Assembly (NCBI RefSeq): GCF_009914755.1
Contig: NC_060925.1
Reading direction: 5' to 3' (one strand)
DNA length: 64,000 bases
From: the human T2T-CHM13v2.0 reference genome, Homo sapiens
Shown here: one piece after another, positions 62,880 through 64,000 of the stretch
Layout: each line of letters starts with the position of its first letter
Numbering within the stretch: position 1 is the stretch's first letter
Position numbers and translations under genes: made by a program
The notes under the pieces: generated by a model
What the model saw: only the letters and a program-made list of their open reading frames with translations
Told to the model about the DNA's origin: nothing
The model's database searches: none

Positions 62880-64000
62880 GAATGCACACAACACAAGGAA
62901 GTTACTGGGAATTCTTCTGTCTAGCCTTACATGAAAAAACCCGTTTCCAACGAAGGCCTCTAAGTGGTCAAAATATCCACGTGCAGACTTTACAAACAGA
63001 GTGTTTCCAAACCGCTGAATGAAAAGAAAAGTTAAACTCTGAGAGTTGAACGCACACATCACGCAGCAGTTTCTGAGAATGATTCTGTCTAGTTTTTATA
63101 CGAAGATATTTCCTTTTCTGCCTTTGGCCCCAAAGCGCTTGAAATCTCCACTTGAAAATTCCACAAAAACAGTGTTTCAAATCTGCTCTCTCTAAATGAA
63201 AGTTCAACTCTGTCAGTTGAATACACACAACACAAGGAAGTTACTGAGAATTCTTCTGTCTAGCATAATATGAAGAAATCCCGTTTCCAACGAAGGCCTC
63301 AAAGGGGTCTGAATATCCACTTGCAGACTTCATAAACAGAGTGTTTACTAACTGCTCTATGAAAAGAAAGGTTAAACTCTGTGAGTTGAACACACACATC
63401 ACAAAGGAGTTTCTGAGAATCATTCTGTCTAGTTTTTCTACGAAGATATTTCCTTTTCTACTATTGACCTGAAAGCGGCTGAAATCTCCACTTGCAAATT
63501 CCACAAAAAGAGTGTTTCAAGTCTGCTCTGTGTAAAGGATCGTTCAACTCTGTGAGTTGAATACACACAACACAAGGAAGTTACTGAGAATTCTTCTGTC
63601 TAGCAGAATAGGAAGAAATCCCGTTTCCAACGAAGGCCTCAAAGAGGTCTGAATATCCACTTGCAGACTTTACAAACAGAGTGTTTCCTAACTGCTCTAT
63701 GAAAAGAAAAGTTAAACTCTGTGAGTTGAACGCACACATCACAAAGGAGTTTCTGAGAATCATTCTGTCTAGTTTCTATAGGAAGATATTTCCTATTCTA
63801 CCATTGACCTCAAAGCGGCTGAAATCTCCACTTGCAAATTCCACAAAAAGAATGTTTCAAGTCTGCTCCGTGTAAAGGATCGTTCAACTCTGTGAGTTGA
63901 ATACACACAACACAAGGAAGTTACTGAGAATTATTCTGTCTAGCATAATATGAAGAAATCCCGTTTCCAACGAAGGCCTCAAAGAGGTCTGAATATCCAC
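62880..64000 (-). repeat. HOR unit U28, partial (A B C and start of D), cut by window end
   Basis: Dimer markers; the window ends just after a CENP-B box. Confidence 0.88.

Larger units (their letters stand above)
60..63975 (-). other. CENP-B box array: 17-bp CTTCGTTGGAAACGGGA every ~340 bp (189 positions; first 60-76, last 63959-63975)
   Basis: The + strand reads (t/a)cccgtttccaacgaag once per dimer, the reverse complement of the established CENP-B box YTTCGTTGGAARCGGGA. The count comes from the dimer tally: 185 in complete units plus 4 in the last partial unit. Confidence 0.97.
1..64000 (-). repeat. Centromeric alpha-satellite higher-order-repeat array, SF1 dimeric type, D1Z7/D5Z2/D19Z3 (S1C1/5/19H1L)-like
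   Basis: Continuous ~170/340-bp periodicity from end to end. Hallmark alphoid motifs on the minus strand (CATTCTCAGAAACT, GTTCAACTCACAGAGTTTAAC), CENP-B box in alternate monomers, and an EcoRI site at 340-bp phase. Alpha-satellite identity is certain; the 1/5/19 assignment rests on recognition of the dimer sequence, not on a database search. Confidence 0.98.

Noticed and set aside
51-62940. A6/A7 variation before the A-dimer box as a meaningful code
   Set aside because: It largely tracks the duplication history already described and is ordinary homopolymer slippage, which is also prone to sequencing error.
89-63875. Hundreds of 60-99 aa ORFs on both strands (MFPNCSMKRK..., MCIQLTEL..., MEFASGDF...)
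   Set aside because: They recur at satellite periodicity, overlap on both strands, mostly use non-ATG starts, open and close with single SNVs, and resemble no domain I recognise. They are translation artefacts of alpha-satellite, used here only as position markers.
1-64000. CRISPR-like or diversity-generating cassette reading of conserved motifs separated by variable segments
   Set aside because: There are no unique spacers, since the intervening DNA is itself repeated, and no cas, reverse transcriptase or recombinase genes. The variation fits satellite turnover.
1-64000. Embedded L1, Alu or other insertion, inversion, or monomeric/diverged alpha layer
   Set aside because: I saw no non-alphoid segment. 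All boxes have the same orientation, and all unit spacings are multiples of ~340 bp within 3 bp, leaving no room for an insertion.
1-64000. Assignment to chr1, chr5 or chr19, or to the CENP-A/CDR domain
   Set aside because: The three live arrays share this HOR family, and kinetochore position is epigenetic. Deciding needs mapping to T2T assemblies plus methylation or CENP-A data.

Overview
The whole 64 kb is uninterrupted, single-orientation primate (almost certainly human) centromeric alpha-satellite. It is built from ~340-bp dimers (two ~170-bp monomers) with a CENP-B box in every second monomer (189 box positions), which is suprachromosomal family 1 organisation. I recognise the sequence as the D1Z7/D5Z2/D19Z3 (S1C1/5/19H1L) live-array type shared by chr1/5/19, but the chromosome cannot be decided by eye. 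There are no credible genes, RNA genes, transposons, CRISPR arrays or inversions, and every ORF in the track is a by-product of the repeat. I found no new gene system. The information lies in higher-order structure. Diagnostic SNVs resolve eight dimer types (my labels A-H) that form a full 16-mer (ABCDEFGH, ~2.72 kb). The 27 complete units comprise 8 x 16-mer, 12 x 14-mer, 2 x 12-mer and 5 x 10-mer; the G-H-A-B block is never lost and all deletions fall in C-F. Private variants reveal nested duplications at offsets of 1.7, 2.38, 4.76, 8.16 and 33.65 kb, hybrid dimers that mark recombination breakpoints, a conversion-like tract, and six CENP-B boxes with an essential base lost. All comparisons were made by eye and from ORF-track spacing, not by computed alignment.
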